Assembly: GCA_963744105.1 (NCBI GenBank)
Contig: CAVUSJ010000010.1
Coordinates: forward strand, 23,878-87,877
Length of the DNA stretch: 64,000 nt
Source of the DNA: an uncultured Solirubrobacterales bacterium
GTDB taxonomy: Bacteria > Actinomycetota > Thermoleophilia > Solirubrobacterales > 70-9
Direction of reading: 5' to 3'
In this document: one piece after another, positions 9,069-16,882 of the stretch
Layout of the letters: each line of letters opens with the position of its first letter
How positions within the stretch are numbered: the first letter of the stretch is position 1
Translations under genes and position numbers: made by a program
The notes under the pieces: model-generated
What the model was told of the DNA's origin: nothing
The model's input: the letters and a program-made list of their open reading frames with translations, nothing else
Database searches by the model: none

Positions 9069-9086
9069 ATACCCCTACTGGGGTAT
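9069..9086. promoter_or_regulatory. CsoR-type operator, ATACCCC-TACT-GGGGTAT
   Basis: Perfect 7-bp inverted repeat with a 4-bp spacer. It sits in the short divergent region between csoR and the YHS-permease operon (ATG 9098). It resembles GC-rich CsoR boxes described in actinobacteria and Bacillus. Confidence 0.7.
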
Positions 9087-9097
9087 AGTCGTCAAAC

Positions 9098-10366
9098 ATG
9101 GCGGATGTGATCTCGACCATCGGCGAGGGCTTCAGGCAGTCCTTCCTGATGGCCTACGAGGTCTGGTGGGCCCTCGTCCTGGGCTTTGCGATCTCGGCGA
9201 TCGTCCAGTCCTGGGTCCCGCGGGAGAAGGTCGAGTCGGCTCTCTCGGGCAGCGGCTTCGGCCCACTGGCCAAGGCCACCGGCCTCGGCGCCGCCTCCTC
9301 ATCCTGTTCCTACGCGGCGATCGCGATCGCGAAGTCGCTCTTCCAGAAGGGCGCCTCCGCCGTGACCGCGCTCGCCTTCCAGTTTGCGTCCACCAACCTC
9401 GTATGGGAGCTGGGCCTGGTCATCTGGATCCTGCTCGGCTGGCAGTTCACCCTCGCCGAGTTCGTCGGCGGGATCGTGCTGATCGTCCTGATGGCGATCC
9501 TTCTCCGCCGCTTCGTCTCGCCCAAGCTCGAGGAGCGCGCCCGCGAGCACGCGCAGCAGGCCCAGGTTGACCACCAGCACCACGCGGTCGGCGAGCGGAT
9601 GAGTTGGCGCGAGAGGTTCACCTCGGCCCGGGCCTGGTCCGACGTCGCCCACAACTTCCGCGCCGACTGGCAGATGCTTTGGAAGGAGATCTCGATCGGC
9701 TTCCTGCTCGCCGGCTTCATCGGCCTGCTCGGCGACAACTTCTTCAACGCCCTCTTCATCGAGGACGCCCCGCCGGTCCTGAGGACGCTCGAGAACGTGA
9801 TCGTCGGGCCGATCATCGCGGTACTCAGCTTCGTCTGCTCGGTCGGCAACGCGCCACTCGCCGCCGTGCTCTGGTCCGGAGGGATCGGCTTCGCCGGCGT
9901 GATCGCGTTCATCTTCGCCGACCTGATCGTGCTGCCGATCGTCGCCGCCTACATCAAGTACTACGGGCGGGAGTTCGCGCTCCGGATCACGGCGCTGATG
10001 TTCGTAACCATCGTGCTGTCGGCGCTGCTGGTGGACCTCGTCTTCGGCGCAGTCGGCCTGATCCCCGACACCCGGCCGTCGCGATCGGACATCTTCGGCT
10101 CGATCCAGCTCGACTACAAGCTCGTGCTCAACGTCCTCGGGCTGATCATCTTCGCGGCGCTCTTCTACCTGACGGCCCGGCGCGGGGCGACCGATCCGAA
10201 CTGCGGGATGAAGGTCGATCGTTCCAAGGCGCTGCAGGCCGAACACGGCGGACGCACCTACTACTTCTGCTCCGAGCACTGCCGCTCGGAGTTCCTGGCT
10301 GACCCCGACTGCCGTGTGGGCAAGGCCCCGCCCGCGGACGAGCACGCGATGGGCCATGCGCACTGA
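9098..10366 (+). CDS. ArsP/UPF0718-type permease with C-terminal YHS metal-binding domain
   Basis: Polytopic. 'GLGAASSSCSYAAIAIAKSL' is permease-family-like. C-terminus 'DPNCGMKVDRSKALQAEHGGRTYYFCSEHCRSEFLADP' is a YHS/TRASH-type motif. Confidence 0.8.
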   Translation: MADVISTIGEGFRQSFLMAYEVWWALVLGFAISAIVQSWVPREKVESALSGSGFGPLAKATGLGAASSSCSYAAIAIAKSLFQKGASAVTALAFQFASTNLVWELGLVIWILLGWQFTLAEFVGGIVLIVLMAILLRRFVSPKLEERAREHAQQAQVDHQHHAVGERMSWRERFTSARAWSDVAHNFRADWQMLWKEISIGFLLAGFIGLLGDNFFNALFIEDAPPVLRTLENVIVGPIIAVLSFVCSVGNAPLAAVLWSGGIGFAGVIAFIFADLIVLPIVAAYIKYYGREFALRITALMFVTIVLSALLVDLVFGAVGLIPDTRPSRSDIFGSIQLDYKLVLNVLGLIIFAALFYLTARRGATDPNCGMKVDRSKALQAEHGGRTYYFCSEHCRSEFLADPDCRVGKAPPADEHAMGHAH

Positions 10367-10565
10367 TCGGGGCCACGACGCGACGCGGTTTCCCAAGCCC
10401 GATCACGGCTTCACGCCGCACGGGCAGTTCAGCGGTCGCTCACTCGAGGAGCTGGTCAAGGATCCGGAGGGCCGGGCGCAGCTCGCCGCGCACGTCCCGC
10501 AGCAGGGCAGGGGACGCCAGAAGCTCCGCTCGCCTGGCTCTCCTGGGCTCTTCAGGAAGAGGTGA
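10356..10565 (+). CDS. small hypothetical protein, translationally coupled on both sides
   Basis: 69 codons. ATG overlaps the permease end by 11 nt, and its stop overlaps the next GTG (GTGA). Hand-counted GC3 is about 84%. No family recognised. Confidence 0.4.
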   Translation: MRTDRGHDATRFPKPDHGFTPHGQFSGRSLEELVKDPEGRAQLAAHVPQQGRGRQKLRSPGSPGLFRKR

Positions 10566-11041
10566 CTCTCGACAACGTCAACGAGGTGGCGGCGCCGGAG
10601 CAGAACCTCAACGGGCTTGCGGTCGCCGCGACGACGCACTGCCTGACGGGATGCGCAATCGGCGAGGTGGCCGGGATGGCGATCGCGACCGCGCTCGGAT
10701 GGGGAAACGTGGCACAGATGGCTCTGGCGATCGGGCTCGCCTACTTCTTCGGCTTCGGCCTGACCGCGCTGCCCCTGATCCGCGCTCGGCTCGCCCCGCG
10801 CACGATCGTCTCGACGGCGCTCGCCGCCGACACGGTCTCGATCACGATCATGGAGGTGATCGACAACCTCACCGTCATCCTGATTCCCAGTGCGCTCGGC
10901 GCCGGTCTCGGTGACCCTCTCTTCTACGGCAGCATCGCCGCCGGCTTCGCGATCGCCTATCCCTTCGCCTTCCTGGCCAACCGCTACCTGATCGCGCGCG
11001 GCCGCGGTCACGCCGTCGTCCACCAGCACCATGCCCACTGA
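10562..11041 (+). CDS. DUF4396 family membrane protein
   Basis: 'THCLTGCAIGEVAGMAIATALGW' (H-C-x2-G-C-x2-G-E) followed by hydrophobic helices. His-rich end 'HAVVHQHHAH'. Confidence 0.75.
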   Translation: MTLDNVNEVAAPEQNLNGLAVAATTHCLTGCAIGEVAGMAIATALGWGNVAQMALAIGLAYFFGFGLTALPLIRARLAPRTIVSTALAADTVSITIMEVIDNLTVILIPSALGAGLGDPLFYGSIAAGFAIAYPFAFLANRYLIARGRGHAVVHQHHAH

Positions 11042-11684
11042 GCCGCGCGGATATCTGCCGGCGCTCCGTTTCCCGGCCCTCACGCGAATCTACGACCCGG
11101 TGGTCGGGCTGACCACCAGGGAGCGGAGGTTCAAGGAGCTGCTCGTCGAGCAGGCCGCACCGTCTCCCGGCCAGCGCATCCTCGACCTCGGCTGCGGCAC
11201 CGGCACTCTCGCGATCCAGGTCAAGCAGCGGGAGCCACGGGCTGAGGTGGTCGGCCTGGACGCCGACCCCGAGATGCTGGCTCAGGCCCGGGCCAAGGCG
11301 GAGCGAGCAGACGTCGAGCTCCGGCTCGCCGAGGGGATGTCCGACGAGCTTCCCTTCGAGGACGCGAGGTTCGACCGGGTGCTGTCGACCCTCTTCTTCC
11401 ACCACCTCGACCCGGAGCCGAAGCGCCGGACCGCTCGCGAGATCGCCCGCGTGCTGAAGAAGGGAGGCGAGCTGCACGTCGCAGACTGGGGCCGACCGGC
11501 CGACCCGGTGATGGCCGCGGCGTTTCTCTCGATCAGGCTGCTCGACGGGTTCGAGAACACCGCCGACAACGTCAACGGCGAGCTGCCGCGGATCTTCGAG
11601 GAGGCCGGGCTCGAGAACGCGGAGCAGACGGATCGGCTCCGCACCGTCCTCGGGACGATGGCGCTCTTCCGGGCCGACCGCTGA
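11031..11684 (+). CDS. class I SAM-dependent methyltransferase
   Basis: Motif I 'ILDLGCGTGTLA', 'VVGLDADPEML', 'FDRVLSTLFFHHL', 'LKKGGELHV'. 11-nt overlap with the upstream gene. Confidence 0.8.
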   Translation: MPTEPRGYLPALRFPALTRIYDPVVGLTTRERRFKELLVEQAAPSPGQRILDLGCGTGTLAIQVKQREPRAEVVGLDADPEMLAQARAKAERADVELRLAEGMSDELPFEDARFDRVLSTLFFHHLDPEPKRRTAREIARVLKKGGELHVADWGRPADPVMAAAFLSIRLLDGFENTADNVNGELPRIFEEAGLENAEQTDRLRTVLGTMALFRADR

Positions 11685-11736
11685 TTCGGTGCTGAGCACG
11701 GATGCCAGCGGGGACGCCTCGGCCTAGCGTCCGTCC

Positions 11737-12003
11737 ATGAACCTGGCTCTGCTGATTGCGGACACCTGGGGAATGCACGACAGCGACATCGGAACTGGAT
11801 GGTGGATTGTGATGATGCTCGGGATGGTTCTCTTCTGGGGCCTGGTCATTCTCGGAGTGATCTGGCTTGTTCGTGAGGTCGGCGGCCCGCGCCGTCACGG
11901 GGCCGCGCCGGACGATCCTCTGGCGATCCTCGACCGGCGCCTCGCCGAGGGCGACATCACGGTGAAGGAGTACCAGCAGCGGCGCAAGATCCTCACCGGT
12001 TGA
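11737..12003 (+). CDS. SHOCT domain-containing small membrane protein
   Basis: TM segment 'GWWIVMMLGMVLFWGLVILGVIWLV', then 'LAILDRRLAEGDITVKEYQQRRKIL' (SHOCT-like). Confidence 0.7.
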   Translation: MNLALLIADTWGMHDSDIGTGWWIVMMLGMVLFWGLVILGVIWLVREVGGPRRHGAAPDDPLAILDRRLAEGDITVKEYQQRRKILTG

Positions 12004-12848
12004 ACACGGCCGAGTCGAGCACCTTCGTCTTCGCCGACCTTGCCGGCTTCACGGCCCTGACCGAAGCGCACGGGGATCAGGAGGCGATCGACATCGCCGT
12101 CCGGTTCGCCGATCGCGTCAGGGAGCTGCTTCCGGACTACGGGGCCGAGGAGGTGAAGTCGATCGGCGACGAGCTGATGATTCGCGTCGAGGATCCCGTC
12201 GGTGCGGTCAACCTCGGCATTCGGATCGTCGACGAGCTGGCCTTTCACGGCTCACCACCGGTCAGGGTGGGCATGCACTCCGGGTCGGCCACCCGGCTGG
12301 GCGGCGATTGGTACGGCGGCACCGTCAACCTCGCATCGCGCGTCGTGGACGCTGCGCGGCCAGGAGAGGTGCTGATCACGGCGGAGACGCGGCGACAGGT
12401 GCAGGGTCGTGACGGGATCGAGATAGAGGAGCGGGGCACACGCCGTTTCAAGCACGTCGTCGAGCCGATCGCGGTCTATGAGGCGCTTGCCGCCGGCGGC
12501 CGGACCAGACGCCTCGAGATCGACCCCGTCTGCCGGATGGCCGTGGACCCGAGCCGCGCGGCCTCGAGCAGGCGCCGCCTCGGCCTCTCGTACTACTTCT
12601 GCTCCGCGGATTGCCGGGAGAAGTTCGATGCAGGCCCGAAGGGCTACATCGCCACGACTGCCGGGGCGCGGGCCGCGCGCATGGGCTTCCTGATCAACCT
12701 GTCCGCCTTCGTGATCGTCGGCGCCGTGCACCTGATCTCCTGGGCGGCTCGCGGCTTCACGGCGGATTCGCCGGGAATGTTCGCCCTCTTCTCCGTCTGG
12801 GCCGCGGCGCTGGTCTTCCACTACCGCACGGTCCGCAGGGTCCTCTGA
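12000..12848 (+). CDS. class III adenylate/guanylate cyclase catalytic domain fused to YHS domain and C-terminal 2TM domain
   Basis: TTG start overlapping the upstream stop (TTGA). 'FVFADLAGFT', 'VKSIGDELM', 'GDWYGGTVNLASRV' carry the metal-binding Asp pair plus Lys/Asp/Asn/Arg. Then 'IDPVCRMAVDPSR...LSYYFCSADCREKF' (YHS) and two hydrophobic helices. Confidence 0.8.
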   Translation: MNTAESSTFVFADLAGFTALTEAHGDQEAIDIAVRFADRVRELLPDYGAEEVKSIGDELMIRVEDPVGAVNLGIRIVDELAFHGSPPVRVGMHSGSATRLGGDWYGGTVNLASRVVDAARPGEVLITAETRRQVQGRDGIEIEERGTRRFKHVVEPIAVYEALAAGGRTRRLEIDPVCRMAVDPSRAASSRRRLGLSYYFCSADCREKFDAGPKGYIATTAGARAARMGFLINLSAFVIVGAVHLISWAARGFTADSPGMFALFSVWAAALVFHYRTVRRVL

Positions 12849-12872
12849 TCGAGAGGGTGCAGGTATGCAGAA

Positions 12873-12928
12873 CGGCGCCCCCGAGCGCCGAGCCCGAACC
12901 GGGACGGGCCCGGCGCTCCGAGGCGCCG
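12873..12928. terminator. GC-rich imperfect stem-loop between convergent genes
   Basis: CGGCGCC...GGCGCCG outer arms, with nested CCGGG-ACGGG-CCCGG and two GGCGC-n6-GCGCC hairpins. Lies between the stops at 12848 (+) and 12961 (-). No clear U-tract. Confidence 0.35.
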
Positions 12929-12960
12929 CGCTAAGCCATTACCCGCAGTGTGGATTCTTA

Positions 12961-13575
12961 CTACTCGAGTGAGAAGGGCGGGTACTTGTCGGTGACGAGG
13001 ATCGCCATGTAGGCGACCACCCGCAGGTACCAGCGCTGAATGCCCACGACGAAGTCGAAGGCCCCTCGTGGATAGCGGCCCGTGAACAGGATCGCGAACC
13101 AGGCGTAGATCACCGCGAAGAAGCCCGCGATCCCCAGGAAGAACAGCACTATGTAGTGGGGGATCGCCAGCAGCCACTTGATCAGCGGCATGCCGCGGGA
13201 CAACTCGGCCTCGACATCCGGGTACTCGATCTCCAGCTGGACCCACTGCTGCTCGTCGGTCGACGGATACTCGTCGTTCATCAGCACGAAATACGTATGG
13301 ACCCGCGCTCCGAAGCGCAGGAGCTCGCGGTTCCAGTCGAACCACCAGCGCGGGTACTTCTTGCGGAACAGGATCATCAGCAGTGGACCGCCGAACAGGA
13401 TCCCGCCGGCCGTGATGTAGAGCGTCTCGCCTCGGCCGCCCCAGGTGACATGCGCGACGGTGCCGAGAACGATCGCGATGGGAATCACCCAGAAGATTCG
13501 GAGTGCGCTCGACAGCCGGTCGAGATCGCGGTCCGGATAGTCCACCGAATAGGTCAGGGGATAGCTCTCATCCAT
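12961..13575 (-). CDS. DUF4389 family membrane protein
   Basis: 'LRIFWVIPIAIVLG', 'KKYPRWWFDWN', 'LLAIPHYIVLFFL...FAILFTGRYPRGAFDF' match my memory of DUF4389. Confidence 0.7.
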   Translation of the reverse strand: MDESYPLTYSVDYPDRDLDRLSSALRIFWVIPIAIVLGTVAHVTWGGRGETLYITAGGILFGGPLLMILFRKKYPRWWFDWNRELLRFGARVHTYFVLMNDEYPSTDEQQWVQLEIEYPDVEAELSRGMPLIKWLLAIPHYIVLFFLGIAGFFAVIYAWFAILFTGRYPRGAFDFVVGIQRWYLRVVAYMAILVTDKYPPFSLE

Positions 13576-13660
13576 GTCTCTCTCCCTCGTTGGTTTGCCG
13601 TCCCGCCGAAAACCGTACGCCGGGGGTCGGATCCCGTCGCAGGATCGCCATCATCTGGAC

Positions 13661-14515
13661 ATGGCCCATCGGATCACCTGGCTGGACGTCTTCGCCGAGC
13701 GCCCGCTCGCGGGGAACGGGCTGGCGGTGGTCGACGACGCGGACGGCGTCAGCGACGAGACCATGCTCGCCCTGGCGCAGGAGACCCGGCTCTCCGAGAC
13801 GGCTTTCGTTCAGTCCGCGACGGCGGACGGCGCCGACTACCGCAACCGGATCTGGGACCTGCACGAGGAGCTTCCCTTCGCGGGCCACCCGTCGCTTGGG
13901 ACCGCCGTGGCGGTCGCGCGCTGGCGCGGGATGGAGGAGGCGAGCTTCGTGCAGGAGACCGGCGCCGGGCTGCAGCCGATCGACGTCCGGAAGCCGAACG
14001 GGCGCTGGGAAGCGTCGATGCTGCAGAACGAGGCGGAGTTCGGCCAGGAGCTGGAGCGCGACGCCGTGATGGCGGCTGTCGGCCTGCGTGCCGAGGACGC
14101 CCACCCCGAGCTGCCTCCTCAGGTCGTCTCGACCGGGATGCCCCACGTGATGGCGCCCGTCGCCGAGCACCAGGCGCTCGCCCGCGCGCTGCCTGACTAC
14201 GCGACGATCTTCGAGCTCTCGGAGCCGCACGGCTCGATCGTGATCTACCTGGCCTGGCTCGATCCGGACGGGGAGACGGTGAGGGCCCGCTCCTTCACGC
14301 GCACCCCGGAGATGGGCGAGGACCCGGCGACGGGCTCAGCCGCCGGGCCGCTCGGCGCGTACCTCGATCAGCGCACCGGGCGCGAGCGGCTCCGGATCCG
14401 GCAGGGCGAGGAGATGGGGCGCCCGAGCGTGCTCGAGGTCGAGATGACAGACGGCCGGCCGCGGGTCTCCGGCAGCGTCATCCCGGTGATCGACGGCGAG
14501 GTCAGCCTGCCGTAG
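13661..14515 (+). CDS. PhzF family isomerase-like protein
   Basis: Start at 'MAHRITWLDVFAERPLAGNGLAVV'. 'ETAFVQ', 'PFAGHPSLGTA', 'EDPATGSAAGPLGAYL'. Confidence 0.8.
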   Translation: MAHRITWLDVFAERPLAGNGLAVVDDADGVSDETMLALAQETRLSETAFVQSATADGADYRNRIWDLHEELPFAGHPSLGTAVAVARWRGMEEASFVQETGAGLQPIDVRKPNGRWEASMLQNEAEFGQELERDAVMAAVGLRAEDAHPELPPQVVSTGMPHVMAPVAEHQALARALPDYATIFELSEPHGSIVIYLAWLDPDGETVRARSFTRTPEMGEDPATGSAAGPLGAYLDQRTGRERLRIRQGEEMGRPSVLEVEMTDGRPRVSGSVIPVIDGEVSLP

Positions 14516-14966
14516 CGCGGCTGCCGCGCTTGCGTCCCAGGGCGCGCAGCCTGTCTCGGACCCGCCGGCGCTTCGTCTCCAGCTCGCGGCGCAGCGCCTC
14601 GATTTCGTCACGGCGGTGCCGGACGAGCTCGAGCTGGCTCTCGATGTGCCCGAGCGACTGCTCCAGCACCTCGCGCTGGCGGACCGGGTCCTCGATTCCC
14701 TCGTGCCACTCGCGCCGCAGCGCGGCGCGCGCGGTCTCGGCGGCCGCCAGCTCGCCGAGCTCCTCGAGCGAGACACCGAGCAGCTCGCGAAGGCGCAGCA
14801 GCTCCTGGAGCCGCTCGAGGTCGTCCTCGCCGTAGGTGCGGTGCGCGCCCGGCTCGCGCGCATGCTCGGAGGGGAGGAGCCCGATCTCCTCGTAGTAGCG
14901 AATCGTCCTGGGCGTCGTGCCCGTGAGCTTCGCCATATCCCCGATGCGCAGTCGCCGCTCGGTCAT
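14502..14966 (-). CDS. MerR family transcriptional regulator
   Basis: 'LRIGDMAKLTGTTPRTIRYYEEIGLL' HTH, followed by a long charged coiled-coil-like C-terminus without Cys. 4-nt overlap with the upstream MFS gene. Confidence 0.85.
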   Translation of the reverse strand: MTERRLRIGDMAKLTGTTPRTIRYYEEIGLLPSEHAREPGAHRTYGEDDLERLQELLRLRELLGVSLEELGELAAAETARAALRREWHEGIEDPVRQREVLEQSLGHIESQLELVRHRRDEIEALRRELETKRRRVRDRLRALGRKRGSRATAG

Positions 14967-16477
14967 GCCGCGATCCGTTCGGAAGCCGGGAGAGCATCGG
15001 CGACCGGATGCCTGACGTGGCGCGGCCGCAGGAGCGACACGCCGGCGCCGATCAGCGAGGTGGCCGCCAGCACCCAGAGGGCGGTGTGCATATTCTGGAT
15101 GAAGGCCTCGAGCTGGACGGTCGGCAGACCGGAGGCGAGCCCGGAGAAGATCTTGAAGAGCACCTCCTTCGGCACACCGGAGGTCACCATCGCGATCACG
15201 AAGGCGATCGAGAGGACGGCGCCGGTGTTCTGAAGCATCATCCGGGCACCCGCCGCGATGCCACGGCGATGCGGCGGCACGGTCCCCATCATCGCCGCGG
15301 TGTTCGGCGAGTTGAACATCCCGGAGCCGATACCGACCAAGCCGAGCCAGAGCGCGGTCTCCCAATAGGGGCTGCTCTGCTCCAGGGTCGTCATCGCCGC
15401 CAGGGCGACCGCGGTGACCAGCATGCCGAGGGCCGCGAGAGTGCGGGAGCCGCGGCGATCGGCCCAGATCCCCGCCAGCGGCGATGCGATCAGCATCCCG
15501 ATCGCCATCGGGGAGAGCTTGATCCCGGCGGTGATCGGGTCGTCGCCCTGGACGCCCTGGAAGTAGAAGACGAAGATGAAGAGCAGGGCGAAGCGGGAGA
15601 GCCCGTTGATGAAGGCGGCGCCGGTGGCGGCGGCGAACATCCGGTTCTGGAAGATGGTCAGGTCGAGCATCGGAGCCGTCGCCCGCCGCTCGATCAACAC
15701 GAAGAGCGGGAGCAGCACCACGGCGACGGCCAGCGAGACGATCACGATCGGCTCGGTCCAGCCGGAGATGCCGCCCTTCGAGACGCCGTAGACGAGCCCG
15801 GTCAGCCCGACCAGGAAGGTGCTCGTGCCGAGCAGGTCGAGACCTCGCTGCGAGTCCGGCTTCGCGAGCTCGTGGAGGATCAGCCCGCCCCAGACAGCCC
15901 CGGCAACGCCCAGCGGGATGTTGAACCAGAAGACCCACTGCCATCCGATCGAGACCAGCGCGCCGCCGAGAACCGGGCCGATCACCAGCCCGATAGCGGC
16001 GACCATCGTGTTGGTGCCCATCGCGACGCCGAGCTGCTCCTTCGGGAACGCGTCCGTGACCAGCGCGGCGGCATTGGCGAACAGGAAGGCGGCGCCGACG
16101 CCCTGCACGATCCGCCAGAGGATCAACTCGGTGCCGTTGCCGGCGAAGCCCGCGCCGAACGACGCGAGCGTGAAGAGGACGAAGCCGCCGACGTAGGCCT
16201 TCTTGCGGCCGAAGAGGTCGGAGAGCCGCCCCGCCGTCAGCACCAGGACGGTCGAGGAGATCATGTACGCGAGGATCACCCAGACGAGCTGGAGCAGGCT
16301 GGTGCCTAGCGAGCGCTCCAGGTCGGGCAGGGCGATGATCAGCGTGCCCGAGTTGATCGTCGCGAGGAGCATCCCGAGGCTCGTGCAGCTGAGGGCCCAC
16401 CACTTGTAGTTGCGATGTCCGGCGTGAACTCCCGGCCTGAACCTGCTCCTCCGCTCGCCCTCAATTCTTACGTTCAC
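14963..16477 (-). CDS. MFS transporter, DHA2 (EmrB/QacA-like, 14-TMS) family
   Basis: 'GRLSDLFGRKKAY', 'RIVQGVGAAFLFANAAALVTDAFP', many TM segments. The only in-frame canonical start upstream of TM1 is GTG 16477; the rest of the track ORF up to 17035 is antisense noise. Confidence 0.75.
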   Translation of the reverse strand: MNVRIEGERRSRFRPGVHAGHRNYKWWALSCTSLGMLLATINSGTLIIALPDLERSLGTSLLQLVWVILAYMISSTVLVLTAGRLSDLFGRKKAYVGGFVLFTLASFGAGFAGNGTELILWRIVQGVGAAFLFANAAALVTDAFPKEQLGVAMGTNTMVAAIGLVIGPVLGGALVSIGWQWVFWFNIPLGVAGAVWGGLILHELAKPDSQRGLDLLGTSTFLVGLTGLVYGVSKGGISGWTEPIVIVSLAVAVVLLPLFVLIERRATAPMLDLTIFQNRMFAAATGAAFINGLSRFALLFIFVFYFQGVQGDDPITAGIKLSPMAIGMLIASPLAGIWADRRGSRTLAALGMLVTAVALAAMTTLEQSSPYWETALWLGLVGIGSGMFNSPNTAAMMGTVPPHRRGIAAGARMMLQNTGAVLSIAFVIAMVTSGVPKEVLFKIFSGLASGLPTVQLEAFIQNMHTALWVLAATSLIGAGVSLLRPRHVRHPVADALPASERIAA

Positions 16478-16482
16478 GTAAG
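16467..16482. promoter_or_regulatory. palindrome CTTACGT-TC-ACGTAAG in divergent promoter region (candidate MerR-family operator)
   Basis: Perfect 7-bp arms with a 2-bp spacer. Immediately followed by the AT-rich palindrome TAATATTA (16486-16493). That element can supply -10 hexamers 7 nt from GTG 16477 (minus) and from ATG 16499 (plus). Confidence 0.4.
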
Positions 16483-16498
16483 GATTAATATTAGCGCC

Positions 16499-16882
16499 AT
16501 GGATTCGACTCTCTGGCAGGCCGTCCTCTTCCTGCACCTGGTCGCGATGGCGTTCTTCCTCGGCGGCCAGCTGTTCCTCGCCGCGGCAGTCGTCCCGGCT
16601 CTGCGCGGGGAGGAGAGCCGTGAGCAGCTCCGCGCCGTGGCACGCCGCTTCGGCTGGGGGTCGCTGGTGGCGCTCGGCGTCCTGATCGCGACGGGTGCGG
16701 CGATGGCAAGCCATCTCGACCTCTGGAGCGACGGGACCCTGCACGTGAAGCTCACCCTGGTCGCGGTCGCCCTGGTCCTCGTCGGGGTGCATCTCCGCTA
16801 CTCGCGGGCCCATCTGCTGCAGGCGGCGATCTTCCTCGTCACCCTCGCGATCGTCTGGGAGGCCGTACGGTTGGCGTCCTAG
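16499..16882 (+). CDS. small integral membrane protein (four predicted helices; CopD/DUF4149-like, tentative)
   Basis: Start at 'MDSTLWQAVLFLHLVAMAFFLGGQLF'. Four hydrophobic stretches. Its stop directly abuts the next ATG. Confidence 0.55.
   Translation: MDSTLWQAVLFLHLVAMAFFLGGQLFLAAAVVPALRGEESREQLRAVARRFGWGSLVALGVLIATGAAMASHLDLWSDGTLHVKLTLVAVALVLVGVHLRYSRAHLLQAAIFLVTLAIVWEAVRLAS

Noticed and set aside
12961-13575. Apparent low-GC island at the DUF4389 gene.
   Set aside because: Third-position GC remains high on hand inspection. The lower overall GC is explained by a Phe/Tyr/Trp/Ile-rich membrane protein composition.
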